Source: Dickeya solani IPO 2222 | GTDB lineage: Bacteria > Pseudomonadota > Gammaproteobacteria > Enterobacterales > Enterobacteriaceae | Length of the DNA stretch: 32,000 bases | NCBI RefSeq assembly: GCF_001644705.1 | Contig: NZ_CP015137.1 | Coordinates: forward strand, 990,001-1,022,000 | Reading direction: 5' to 3' | Part shown: in pieces, positions 9,450 to 17,250 of the stretch | Layout: each line of letters begins with the position of its first letter | How positions within the stretch are numbered: the first letter of the stretch is position 1 | Made by a program: the position numbers and the translations under genes | Notes under the pieces: generated by a model | The model's input: the letters and a program-made list of their open reading frames with translations, nothing else | The model's database searches: none | What the model was told of the DNA's origin: nothing

Positions 9450-10241
9450 TTACGCGCCCAGATTGGCCGGCAGCGGCGCTTTCAGCCATTTCTCGGACAG
9501 GCCGTTGAGCGTGTTGTCCTTAACGGCTTTTTCAATCAGTTCATTGATTTTCGCCTTCAGCGCCGGTTCGTCCTTCTTCAGGCCGATGTAGCAAGGCGAG
9601 TCTTTCAACATAAATTTCGCCACCGGCGCCTTGGCCGGGTTCTTCTCGGCAATCGCCGCAATCACCAGGTTACCGGTGGCGATATACTGCACCTGACCGG
9701 ACAGATAGGCCGACAGCGTGGTGTTGTTGTCTTCATAGCGCTTGATGTCGGCGGTTTTAGGCGCAGCCTCGGTCAGCACCATATCTTCCACCGCGCCGCG
9801 GGTCACACCGATGGTTTTGCCCTGCAACGCCTCCGGCGCGCCGACATCGGTGTCTTTCGGACCAAACACGCCGAGGAAGAACGGCGCATAGGCACGGCTG
9901 AAATCGATCACTTTTTCACGCTCGGCGTTTTTGCCCAGGCTGGAAATCACCAGATCCACCTTGTCAGTCTGCAAATAGGGTACGCGGTTAGCGCTGGTCA
10001 CCGGCACCAGCTGCAACTTTAGTTTCATCTCACTGGCCAGATAGCGCGCCATGTCGATGTCGTACCCTTGCGGCTGCAAATCAGTGCTGACCGAGCCGAA
10101 CGGCGGGAAGTCCTGCGGCACGGCGACACGCAATACGCCGCGTTTCTGGATATCCTGCAACTGATCCGCCATCGCCTGCCCGGCCTGAACCATCAACAGC
10201 GCCGCACCCACCACCGCTAAAAAACGTTTTCCGATCTTCAT
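9450..10241 (-). CDS. Periplasmic substrate-binding protein (family 3, polar amino acid type)
   Basis: Signal peptide MKIGKRFLAVVGAALLMVQAGQAMA followed by an SBP_bac_3-like body (LRVAVPQDFPPFG...). It is the first gene of the six-gene minus-strand operon ending in hpxK. Confidence 0.88.
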   Translation of the reverse strand: MKIGKRFLAVVGAALLMVQAGQAMADQLQDIQKRGVLRVAVPQDFPPFGSVSTDLQPQGYDIDMARYLASEMKLKLQLVPVTSANRVPYLQTDKVDLVISSLGKNAEREKVIDFSRAYAPFFLGVFGPKDTDVGAPEALQGKTIGVTRGAVEDMVLTEAAPKTADIKRYEDNNTTLSAYLSGQVQYIATGNLVIAAIAEKNPAKAPVAKFMLKDSPCYIGLKKDEPALKAKINELIEKAVKDNTLNGLSEKWLKAPLPANLGA

Positions 10242-10320
10242 TGCTGTGCCCCCCGGTTAAGTTAGTTTGAAACCAAAGATTCTTCAATAGGAATACTGAA
10301 ACCTTTGTTGCAAATAAAAA

Positions 10321-10337
10321 AGCAAAATGCATGCCAG
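10321..10337 (-). promoter_or_regulatory. Sigma54 (-24/-12) promoter candidate for the ABC-hpxJ-hpxK operon
   Basis: The minus strand reads CTGGCATGCATTTTGCT, against the consensus TGGCACG-N4-TTGCW, with correct GG-N10-GC spacing. It lies about 80 nt upstream of the 10241 start. TGCACCA and CGCACCA half-site-like motifs at 10478-10503 lie about 150 bp further upstream. Confidence 0.5.
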
Positions 10338-10516
10338 ATATTCGACCATCGACCTATCGTCATTAACAGAGGAAGGTGCTGACAGAATCAGGTGAGAACA
10401 GAGATTTTTTAGTGGAGGAAGGCGCCCATTCTTCAGTCCGCGGCGCACAATGACAGAGCATAAAAAGAGGAATTCATTGCACCAAAAAAGAACATTCGCA
10501 CCAGTAAGGCGCGTGA

Positions 10517-11356
10517 TTAACGCTGCTCCAGTTCGTCCAGTTGCAGGTAAAGATCGGCAATATCGTGAATACGCTGACGGCCGTCCACCAGCATCTGATG
10601 CAGCAGCGCATTGCTGATCAGGTTAACCAGACTCATGGCGCTGGCGTAGCTGTCAAAGGCCGATACGCTATCCAGCGGCGCGGTCAGCGACCAGGTCGCC
10701 AGCGGCGGCAGCGTATGCGCCTGCGGTTCGCACAGCAGCAGCACCGGAATCTGCCGGGCGCGCAATTGCTGCAACAGCGGCAGGATCAAGCGCGGACGGC
10801 GGCGGAACGCCACCACCGTCACCACGTCCTGCGCGTCAAGATCCGCCAGTTCCTCCGCCAGCGTCTGGCCGGGTTGCGCCAGCAACGGCACCTCCGGGCG
10901 GATTTGCAGTAGCTGCTGGCGCAGGTGCAACGCCACCGGATAACTGTTGCGCAGCCCGAGAACACAAACGCGCCGCGCCTGCTGCAACGCCGCAATCAGC
11001 GCGCCGAACTGCTGCGGATCGATCTGGTTGACCCACTGCGTCAGGTTGGCCATCTCCTGCTTGTAATGGCGCGCCAGCAGGGTGTTGCCCTGCACCGCGT
11101 CGCGGTTATCCGTCAGCGGCATGCCGCTCTGGCGCAGGGTGCGTAGCTCATCGCGCATCTCCCGGTAGCTGGGGTAGCCAAGGCGGCGGAACAGGCGGCT
11201 GACCGTGGCCTTGGACACGCCGCTCAGCCGCGCCAGTTCGGCGCTGTTATAACTGATCAGATCGTCTAAGTGGTCAAAGATAAATTCCGCCACCCGCTGT
11301 TCCTGCGGCGACAGTTCGCTGTACTGGTTGCGCAACCGTTCATCAATCTGCTTCAT
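10517..11356 (-). CDS. RpiR-family transcriptional regulator (HTH_6 + SIS domain), possibly the HpxU equivalent
   Basis: From M47 of the ORF: MKQIDERLRNQYSELSPQEQRVAEFIFDH...ELARLSGVSKATVSRLFRRLGY is an RpiR HTH, followed by a SIS-like C-terminal half. AGGA lies upstream of the ATG at 11356. The longer ORF would run through the divergent promoter region. Confidence 0.85.
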   Translation of the reverse strand: MKQIDERLRNQYSELSPQEQRVAEFIFDHLDDLISYNSAELARLSGVSKATVSRLFRRLGYPSYREMRDELRTLRQSGMPLTDNRDAVQGNTLLARHYKQEMANLTQWVNQIDPQQFGALIAALQQARRVCVLGLRNSYPVALHLRQQLLQIRPEVPLLAQPGQTLAEELADLDAQDVVTVVAFRRRPRLILPLLQQLRARQIPVLLLCEPQAHTLPPLATWSLTAPLDSVSAFDSYASAMSLVNLISNALLHQMLVDGRQRIHDIADLYLQLDELEQR

Positions 11357-11472
11357 GCCTGTCCTTGTCACTTTTTGCACTCTATTTTTTGCACCCTGTA
11401 ACTTTTGTTTCACCTTTTCGGCGTTATGCTGAACATAGCACACAACCGTCGGTCGACGACAAGCAGAAAAGA

Positions 11473-11488
11473 TGGAACAGCTTTTGCT
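11473..11488 (+). promoter_or_regulatory. Sigma54 (-24/-12) promoter candidate for the hpxW operon
   Basis: TGGAACAGCTTTTGCT has GG-N10-GC spacing and the same TTTTGCT -12 element as the 10321 site. It lies about 43 nt upstream of the ATG at 11531. Direct repeats TTTTTGCAC(T/C)C at 11372-11396 lie about 80-100 bp upstream. Confidence 0.45.
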
Positions 11489-11530
11489 TAGCATCGACCA
11501 CCCTACAGTCTAACAAGAGCGTTATCCTTC

Positions 11531-13120
11531 ATGATGCAAAGTCATATCGCCCCGTCGGGCATGGCGGTCACGCCGCATCATCTTGCCAGCGCCAGCGCGC
11601 AGCGTATTTTGCGCGCCGGAGGCAACGCCATCGAAGCGATGGTCGCCGCCGCAGCCGCCATTGCGGTGGTCTACCCACACATGAATGGCCTGGGCGGCGA
11701 TGGCTTCTGGCTGATTGTGCCGCCACAGGGCGACCCGATAGCCATCGACGCCAGCGGCGCGGCCGGTTCGCTGGCAACCCGCGCCTTATATGCGGGGGAA
11801 AACCGCATTCCGCACCGTGGCCCGACGGCGGCGCTCACCGTAGCCGGCACCGTGGGCGGCTGGCAGGAAGCGCTGACCTACGCCGCCGAACTGGACATCA
11901 GCCGCCCGCTGCCGCTCGCCAGCCTGCTGGAAGACGCCATCGGTTATGCCCGCCACGGCATTCCGGTCACCCAGTCGCAGGAAGACGCGCTGATTAACCG
12001 CCGTCACGAACTGAGCGATTTCGCCGAATTTTGCCGCGTATTTATGCCGCAGGGCGAGATCCCGCGCACCGGCAGCCGCTTTACCCAGCCGGACCTCGCC
12101 GACACGCTGCAACAACTGGCACAGGACGGGCTGGACAGCTTTTACCGCGGCGCGCTGGCGGCGCGCATGACGGCACAAATGGCAGCGCTGGGCCTGCCGG
12201 TCACCGCCGACGACCTGGCGAATTACCGCGCCCGCCGCACCACACCGCTGGTGTTGAAACACAGTAAGGGCGAGGTGTTTAATCTGGCGCCGCCGACGCA
12301 GGGGCTGGTATCGCTGGCGATTCTCGGCATCACCGACCGTCTGGGGATGGAAGACCTCAGCGACAGCCAGACCATGCATCGTGTGGTGGAAGCCACCAAG
12401 CTGGCGTTTGGCCTGCGCGACAAATACATCACCGACCCGAAACGGATCACCCAGGATATTCAGGCGTTGCTGTCCGACGAGCATCTGACCTCGCTCAGCA
12501 AGCGCATCGATACCCGCGCCGCCGCGCCCTGGGGACAAGGCAAGGGGCCGGGCGACACCGTCTGGTTGGGCGTGTGCGATCGCCACGGCCTGTCGGTGTC
12601 GTTTATCCAGAGCATCTATCACGAATTCGGCAGCGGCATGGTGCTGCCGGGCACCGGCGTTTTGTGGCAGAACCGCGGCGCCTCCTTCAGCCTGGACCCG
12701 GCCCACCTGCTGGCGCTGGAGCCGGGCAAGCAGCCGTTTCACACCCTCAACCCGGCGGCGGCGCGTCTGTCTGACGGACGAACCATGGTGTACGGCTCAA
12801 TGGGCGGTGACGGTCAGCCGCAGACGCAGGCGGCGCTGTTCATCCGCCATGTGATTCAGGGCGTGCCGCTGCAACAGGCGATCACCGCGCCGCGCTGGCT
12901 GCTGGGCCGCACCTGGGGCCAGTCTTCCGACACGCTAAAACTGGAAGATCGCTTTACGCCGGCCACCGTCGAAGCGCTGCGTACGCTGGGTCACGATGTG
13001 GAACTGCTCACCGGATTCAGCGAAACCGTCGGCCACGCCGGCGCCATCGTCCGCCATGTCAACGGCATGCTGGAAGGCGCCAGCGACCCGCGCAGCAACG
13101 GCAGCGCCGCCGGATTTTAG
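11531..13120 (+). CDS. hpxW: Gamma-glutamyltranspeptidase-family Ntn hydrolase, oxamate amidohydrolase type
   Basis: 529 aa with GGNAIEA...NGLGGDGFW at the N-terminus and GDTVWLGV (candidate autoprocessing Thr), with no signal peptide. Its position next to the RpiR gene and an amidase matches the Klebsiella hpxU / hpxWXY layout. The symbol is assigned by analogy. Confidence 0.75.
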   Translation: MMQSHIAPSGMAVTPHHLASASAQRILRAGGNAIEAMVAAAAAIAVVYPHMNGLGGDGFWLIVPPQGDPIAIDASGAAGSLATRALYAGENRIPHRGPTAALTVAGTVGGWQEALTYAAELDISRPLPLASLLEDAIGYARHGIPVTQSQEDALINRRHELSDFAEFCRVFMPQGEIPRTGSRFTQPDLADTLQQLAQDGLDSFYRGALAARMTAQMAALGLPVTADDLANYRARRTTPLVLKHSKGEVFNLAPPTQGLVSLAILGITDRLGMEDLSDSQTMHRVVEATKLAFGLRDKYITDPKRITQDIQALLSDEHLTSLSKRIDTRAAAPWGQGKGPGDTVWLGVCDRHGLSVSFIQSIYHEFGSGMVLPGTGVLWQNRGASFSLDPAHLLALEPGKQPFHTLNPAAARLSDGRTMVYGSMGGDGQPQTQAALFIRHVIQGVPLQQAITAPRWLLGRTWGQSSDTLKLEDRFTPATVEALRTLGHDVELLTGFSETVGHAGAIVRHVNGMLEGASDPRSNGSAAGF

Positions 13121-13164
13121 TCTCACTATCTTGCTAATCTCACACCCCGATAAGGTCTTCACTC

Positions 13165-13362
13165 ATGGAAAATAGGGATATCGATCAGGACGCGCTGGCC
13201 GTGTACCTGCAACAGATGGAAACCCTGTTGCAGCTGGATCTGGATGATGCCTGTCGTCAGGAACTGCATGTGCAATTCAGCCGCATCGCTGCGATGGCGC
13301 AGCCGCTGATGGCGTTCCCGCTGGACGAGCGTCAGGAAGTGGCGGGGGTATACCGGCCATGA
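13165..13362 (+). CDS. Small acidic protein, candidate AtzG/GatC-like accessory subunit of the downstream amidase
   Basis: 65-aa ORF whose stop overlaps the amidase start (ATGA, 13359-13362). Its size, position and helical acidic composition resemble the small partner of AtzE-type amidases. Sequence similarity was not verified. Confidence 0.6.
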   Translation: MENRDIDQDALAVYLQQMETLLQLDLDDACRQELHVQFSRIAAMAQPLMAFPLDERQEVAGVYRP

Positions 13363-14771
13363 ACCCCGCTCAACTGTCTATCCGCGCGTTGCAGGCCGAG
13401 CTGGCGACGGGCCACCTTTCCGCCACCGATATCGCCCGCGACACACTGGCGCGCATCGAAAAATACAATCCGGCGATCAACGCGTACACCGGCGTCACGG
13501 CGCAGCGTATGCAGGCGGAAGCCGCCGACATCGACCGCAAACGTCATCAGGGAGAAACGCTGCCCGCGCTGGCGGCGGTGCCCTACGCGGTGAAAAACCT
13601 GTTTGACGTCGCCGGCGAAACCACGCTGGCCGGCGCCAAACTGTTCAGCCGCCGTGCACCGGCCGCTCAGGACGCGTTTGCGGTGCGTCAGTTGCAGTCC
13701 CGCGGCGCGCTGCTGTCCGGGTTGCTGAACATGGATGCCTACGCTTACGGCTTTACCACCGAAAACAGCCACTACGGCGCCACCCGCAACCCGCACGATC
13801 TGACGCGTATCGCCGGCGGATCTTCCGGCGGCTCGGCTGCGGCGGTGGCGGCCGGACTGGTGAACTTCTCGCTCGGCAGCGACACCAACGGTTCGATCCG
13901 CGTACCCGCTTCGCTGTGCGGCATCTTCGGGTTGAAACCCACCTTCGGACGCCTGTCGCGCCACGGCACCCAGCCGTTTGTCGGCAGTCTCGACCACATC
14001 GGCCCGCTGGCGCGCAGCGCCGACGATCTGGCGCGGGTGTATGACGCGCTGCTGGGGCTCGATCCGGCGGATCGGTTCCAGGCGGATCAACCGCTGCGCT
14101 CAACCGCCCCCTCGCTGGCGAACGAAACGCCGCTGCGCTGCCGGGTGTTGGGCGGCTACTTTGCACAATGGTGCGATGAACAGGCCGGCGCTGCCGTGCA
14201 ACAGGTCGCGACCGCCTTACAAGCCGATGATGAAGCGGTGCTGGACAACGCCGCGCTGGCGCGCACGGCGGCGTTTATTCTTTCCGCCAGCGAAGGCGGC
14301 AACCAGTATCTGCCCGCGCTGCGCGCCACGCCGGACCTGTTTGAACCGCTCTCCCGCGAACGGCTGCTGGCCGGGGCGATGATCCCGGCCGCCTGGTACG
14401 TGCAGGCGCAGCGTTTCCGCGATCATTTCCGCCGCGAGATGCTGGCGCTGTTCGCCGATACCGATCTGTTGATCGCCCCGGCCACGCCGTGCCCGGCAAC
14501 ATCGATCGGTCAGGAAACCATGCGCATCAACCACACCGACCTGCCCATCCGCGCCAGCATGGGCATGCTGACCCAACCGATTTCGTTCGTCGGCCTACCG
14601 GTGGTGACGGTGCCGTTGACGACCGCCAGCGGCCTGCCGATTGGTGTGCAACTGATTGCCGCGCCGTGGCGGGAAGACGTCGCGCTGCGCGCCGCCTGGC
14701 GTCTGGAACAGCTAGGTATCGCCCAGACTTTGCCGCCCGTTACTTTTCACTCACAAGGAATTTCCGCATGA
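13359..14771 (+). CDS. Amidase-signature (Ser-cisSer-Lys) amidohydrolase, AtzE/GatA-like
   Basis: The canonical AS motif [14 protein letters not shown]...[13 protein letters not shown] and the upstream Lys context [12 protein letters not shown] are present. 470 aa. Confidence 0.9.
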   Translation: MNPAQLSIRALQAELATGHLSATDIARDTLARIEKYNPAINAYTGVTAQRMQAEAADIDRKRHQGETLPALAAVPYAVKNLFDVAGETTLAGAKLFSRRAPAAQDAFAVRQLQSRGALLSGLLNMDAYAYGFTTENSHYGATRNPHDLTRIAGGSSGGSAAAVAAGLVNFSLGSDTNGSIRVPASLCGIFGLKPTFGRLSRHGTQPFVGSLDHIGPLARSADDLARVYDALLGLDPADRFQADQPLRSTAPSLANETPLRCRVLGGYFAQWCDEQAGAAVQQVATALQADDEAVLDNAALARTAAFILSASEGGNQYLPALRATPDLFEPLSRERLLAGAMIPAAWYVQAQRFRDHFRREMLALFADTDLLIAPATPCPATSIGQETMRINHTDLPIRASMGMLTQPISFVGLPVVTVPLTTASGLPIGVQLIAAPWREDVALRAAWRLEQLGIAQTLPPVTFHSQGISA

Positions 14772-15148
14772 CGCCTGATATTAATCTGCCTGATGTGCTG
14801 GCCGAGGTCACCACCGCCTTTTACCGTTACGAAAAGGCGCTGACCGGCAACGACATCGAGGTATTGGACGAGCTGTTCTGGCATGACGAACGCACCGTGC
14901 GCTACGGCGCCTCGGAAAACCTGTACGGCATTGAACAGATCCGCGCCTTTCGCACCGCCCGCCCGTCGGCCGGGCTGGATCGCCAGTTGCAAAACACGGT
15001 GATCACCACCTACGGCCGCGATACGGCGGTCGCCAGCACCGAATTTCGTCGTGAAGGCAGCGAGAAAATTGGTCGTCAGATGCAAACCTGGCTACGCACC
15101 GAACAAGGCTGGCGGATCGTGGCGGCTCATGTGAGCCTGATGGTGTAA
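14768..15148 (+). CDS. NTF2-like small protein, AtzH-like (DUF3225-type)
   Basis: The start MTPDINLP at 14768 overlaps the amidase stop (ATGA). [37 protein letters not shown] fits my memory of the AtzH-like/SnoaL-like family pattern. 126 aa. The longer ORF-track version (14489) runs inside the amidase gene. Confidence 0.7.
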   Translation: MTPDINLPDVLAEVTTAFYRYEKALTGNDIEVLDELFWHDERTVRYGASENLYGIEQIRAFRTARPSAGLDRQLQNTVITTYGRDTAVASTEFRREGSEKIGRQMQTWLRTEQGWRIVAAHVSLMV

Positions 15149-15160
15149 CGAACGGAACCG

Positions 15161-15193
15161 CGGATAGCCGGTATGTGTTTTACCGGCTATCCG
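15161..15193. terminator. Perfect 13-bp hairpin between the atzH-like gene and the HTH gene (convergent ends)
   Basis: CGGATAGCCGGTA-TGTGTTT-TACCGGCTATCCG. There is no U-tract on either strand. It probably acts as a bidirectional stop or stabiliser. Confidence 0.45.
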
Positions 15194-15199
15194 GATACG

Positions 15200-15697
15200 C
15201 TAACGAGAGGCTGGCGCGGTGGCGAGTATCTCGGCGAGCAAAGAAGGCGATACCGGAATTAATCCCATCTTCAGACCAAAGGGTTTAAAGACCTTGTTGA
15301 TGATATCCGCCGTGTAATTGCCTTTGTCATTCTCGATTTCGGACAAGGTCTTGCGCGACACGCCTACCAGACTGGCGTAGGCATCCTGCTTGAGCCCCAG
15401 AACGCTGAGACGCAATTCCCTGAGCGCGTTTCCCTGCGATATCTCCCCGACCATCATCCTGCGGATAATGCTTTGCATCGCAGACTGTCTCTCACTGGCA
15501 TTGAGTGGTCTGGAATTTTTTGATGCTCTCGCTTTGGGAATATCCGCCGTCTCCGCCACGGCAATGACCGGGGGACGCAGCATCTGCTCCAGCGCCACGT
15601 TACGTTCCTGCACACGCTGCCGCAGCTTTCGTATGGTTTCCTGAACATCATCTGCGCCGGCATAGACATCCGTCGTATTGTTGCGTTTCTGACTCAT
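15200..15697 (-). CDS. 165-aa protein with a C-terminal XRE/HipB-type HTH and an 80-85 aa N-terminal extension; candidate antitoxin/regulator of the upstream kinase
   Basis: The HTH is ISQGNALRELRLSVLGLKQDAYASLVGVSRKTLSEIENDKGNYTADIINKVFKPFGLKMGLIP. The start at M5 of the ORF (15697) has a GTGGGGG RBS and forms an ATGA overlap with the kinase stop. Confidence 0.85.
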   Translation of the reverse strand: MSQKRNNTTDVYAGADDVQETIRKLRQRVQERNVALEQMLRPPVIAVAETADIPKARASKNSRPLNASERQSAMQSIIRRMMVGEISQGNALRELRLSVLGLKQDAYASLVGVSRKTLSEIENDKGNYTADIINKVFKPFGLKMGLIPVSPSLLAEILATAPASR

Positions 15698-17040
15698 AAC
15701 AACCCCCACCGCTGTAGCTTTTCAGGAAGGTAATCAAACCCGATGGAAGGCATGGTTAGGATCGACTCGGGCACACCGCGCGCCTGAAGCCGCGCTTTCA
15801 GTCCAACCAGTTGCACCGCCGTCTCGCGCAATCTCTCCATCAACAGCGCCGGCGGGAGCATGTCGGACAACTGCTCCGCGATCCACTCAAACTGATAATC
15901 ACCGCCGATTTCCAGCGGCTCCGGCCATTTGGTCGCTCTGGCAATGCCTGCCGGGTCGGCCTTCATCGGCGCGAAGTCGTAAATCGGCGCCAGCCGAATC
16001 CCCTGTTCGTCCTTGAGAAACGCGGTATTGCGGCCGTGGTTATCGCTGTTGCCGAAGGCAATATTCAGCACATCGCGGCGCACCCACTCGATCACGAACG
16101 CCGCTTGGTCGAATGGCTTTCCCTCGACGCTGACCGTATGGCTGGACGCTATTTTGGCGATCACCGCCCGAATCGTTTGATCGTGCCGCAGCGCGCTGCC
16201 CGGCCCGGCCCGCAACAGGGAATAAACTGATTCCATGCCATAACGCTTCACGCGCCCATCGCCGGGGAATTCGATATCAAAACGCGGCAACCAGAGCGAC
16301 GGGTAATGCCGCCCCTCTTCCAGACGCATGCCCGCCACAGGAATGGTGTCGAACCCCATCGCGGCTAATTCATGGTAGTAATGAAACTCGGCCCGCAGGA
16401 TGTCGCAGTCAATCTCACTGCGTTGCCCGCGCGGAAACTTCACCAGATAGGCGGTATCGCGGCAGTCGGTCTTATCCTGCCAGGTATCGATCCACACCCG
16501 ATCGTCGGCATTACAACGCAACAGCAGCTTTGGCGCCTCACCGCCCGCCCCTGTAGCGCCCCCGGCAGCGGCACCGCGCTGCTGCGCATAATCCAGAAAA
16601 TCGGCAGCCCGGTTCTTCACATCCTCCACGCTGAAAAAGCGGGTTGCACCTTCATGCCGCACAGGAATCGACTCCTTGATGCGCAAATTACCGACCGGTG
16701 CGATGGTGGCATGCCGCAGCAAGACATAATTTTGCAACGGTGCCGGCAGCCCCGAGAGATCAAGGTGGTCAACCCAATATTTTCGGCTGGCCCCCGCCGG
16801 CATGATGTCATCCAGAAAGCGCATCCATCCGAGCTCACCGCCATCATCAAAGAAGATCCGAACCGGGTAATTGACGGAAACCGCGTGGTGGTCGTCGCAA
16901 TCCATATAGTCAAGGCCATAATCGGACGCATAATCCAGCCGGGTCAGCAGGTAATTATCCTGGTCGCTCTCGGGAAAACCGATCTCGGCAATATCCTGCC
17001 ACGCATTATCGATAAACGCCTGTACAGTCAGTCGTTCCAT
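15694..17040 (-). CDS. HipA-family Ser/Thr protein kinase (full length, catalytic residues intact)
   Basis: Motifs shared with E. coli HipA, which I aligned by eye: FLDDIMPAG; GATGAGGEAPKLLL vs SVAGAQEKTALL; YLVKFPRG vs HIIKLPIG; LPRFD vs VERFD; GNSDNHGRNTAF vs GATDGHAKNFSV; PIYDFAP vs PFYDIIS. The start at M24 of the ORF (MERLTVQ..., 17040) has GGAGGG 4 nt upstream. Confidence 0.88.
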   Translation of the reverse strand: MERLTVQAFIDNAWQDIAEIGFPESDQDNYLLTRLDYASDYGLDYMDCDDHHAVSVNYPVRIFFDDGGELGWMRFLDDIMPAGASRKYWVDHLDLSGLPAPLQNYVLLRHATIAPVGNLRIKESIPVRHEGATRFFSVEDVKNRAADFLDYAQQRGAAAGGATGAGGEAPKLLLRCNADDRVWIDTWQDKTDCRDTAYLVKFPRGQRSEIDCDILRAEFHYYHELAAMGFDTIPVAGMRLEEGRHYPSLWLPRFDIEFPGDGRVKRYGMESVYSLLRAGPGSALRHDQTIRAVIAKIASSHTVSVEGKPFDQAAFVIEWVRRDVLNIAFGNSDNHGRNTAFLKDEQGIRLAPIYDFAPMKADPAGIARATKWPEPLEIGGDYQFEWIAEQLSDMLPPALLMERLRETAVQLVGLKARLQARGVPESILTMPSIGFDYLPEKLQRWGLL

Positions 17041-17070
17041 AGTCCCTCCGCTCTCATTACGTGTAGCATA

Positions 17071-17250
17071 ACACACATAAAATGCAAAAAAGACAATTAA
17101 CGGCACCAAAAGGTTACATTACTTACCCAAACCCGATGTAGCGTTACCTGACGGCATCAAAAACGTCGCCAGCAGACAATGACACCGATAAGTATCATAA
17201 AACACAAAAAAGCCAAATAATGAAACCCATCAGTTACATTACTTGACTAA
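17071..17250. repeat. Imperfect direct repeat of about 55-60 bp, two copies offset by exactly 120 bp, in the kinase leader
   Basis: 17071-17130 and 17191-17250 match at 42/60 positions without gaps. The cores CATAAAA..CAAAAAAG.CAA..AA and GTTACATTACTT (17113-17124 and 17233-17244) are identical. The region is strongly AT-rich. Confidence 0.75.

Noticed and set aside
15161-15197. GGATA...TATCC arms and a TATCCGGATA palindrome that resemble HipB operator half-sites (TATCC-N8-GGATA).
   Set aside because: The spacing is wrong: 0 and 21 bp rather than 8. The site is downstream of the module rather than in its promoter. The arms are simply part of a perfect 13-bp hairpin between convergent genes, so a terminator or stabiliser is the simpler reading.
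17041-17109. A 23-codon N-terminal extension of the kinase ORF (MVPLIVFFAFYVCYATRNESGGT).
   Set aside because: A strong GGAGGG RBS precedes the internal ATG at 17040, and the extension runs through the AT-rich repeat/promoter region. Similar 5' over-extensions were trimmed for the RpiR gene (11357-11494), ybdL (2732-2797), yafV (3895-3942), hpxB (18261-18320), hpxJ (7345-7374), proX (24593-24619), ygaH (27949-27996) and the atzH-like gene (14489-14767).
17179-17220. A 13-codon mini-ORF (MTPISIIKHKKAK) on the plus strand within the kinase leader.
   Set aside because: It has no RBS, is oriented opposite to the module and lies in AT-rich DNA where short ORFs arise by chance.
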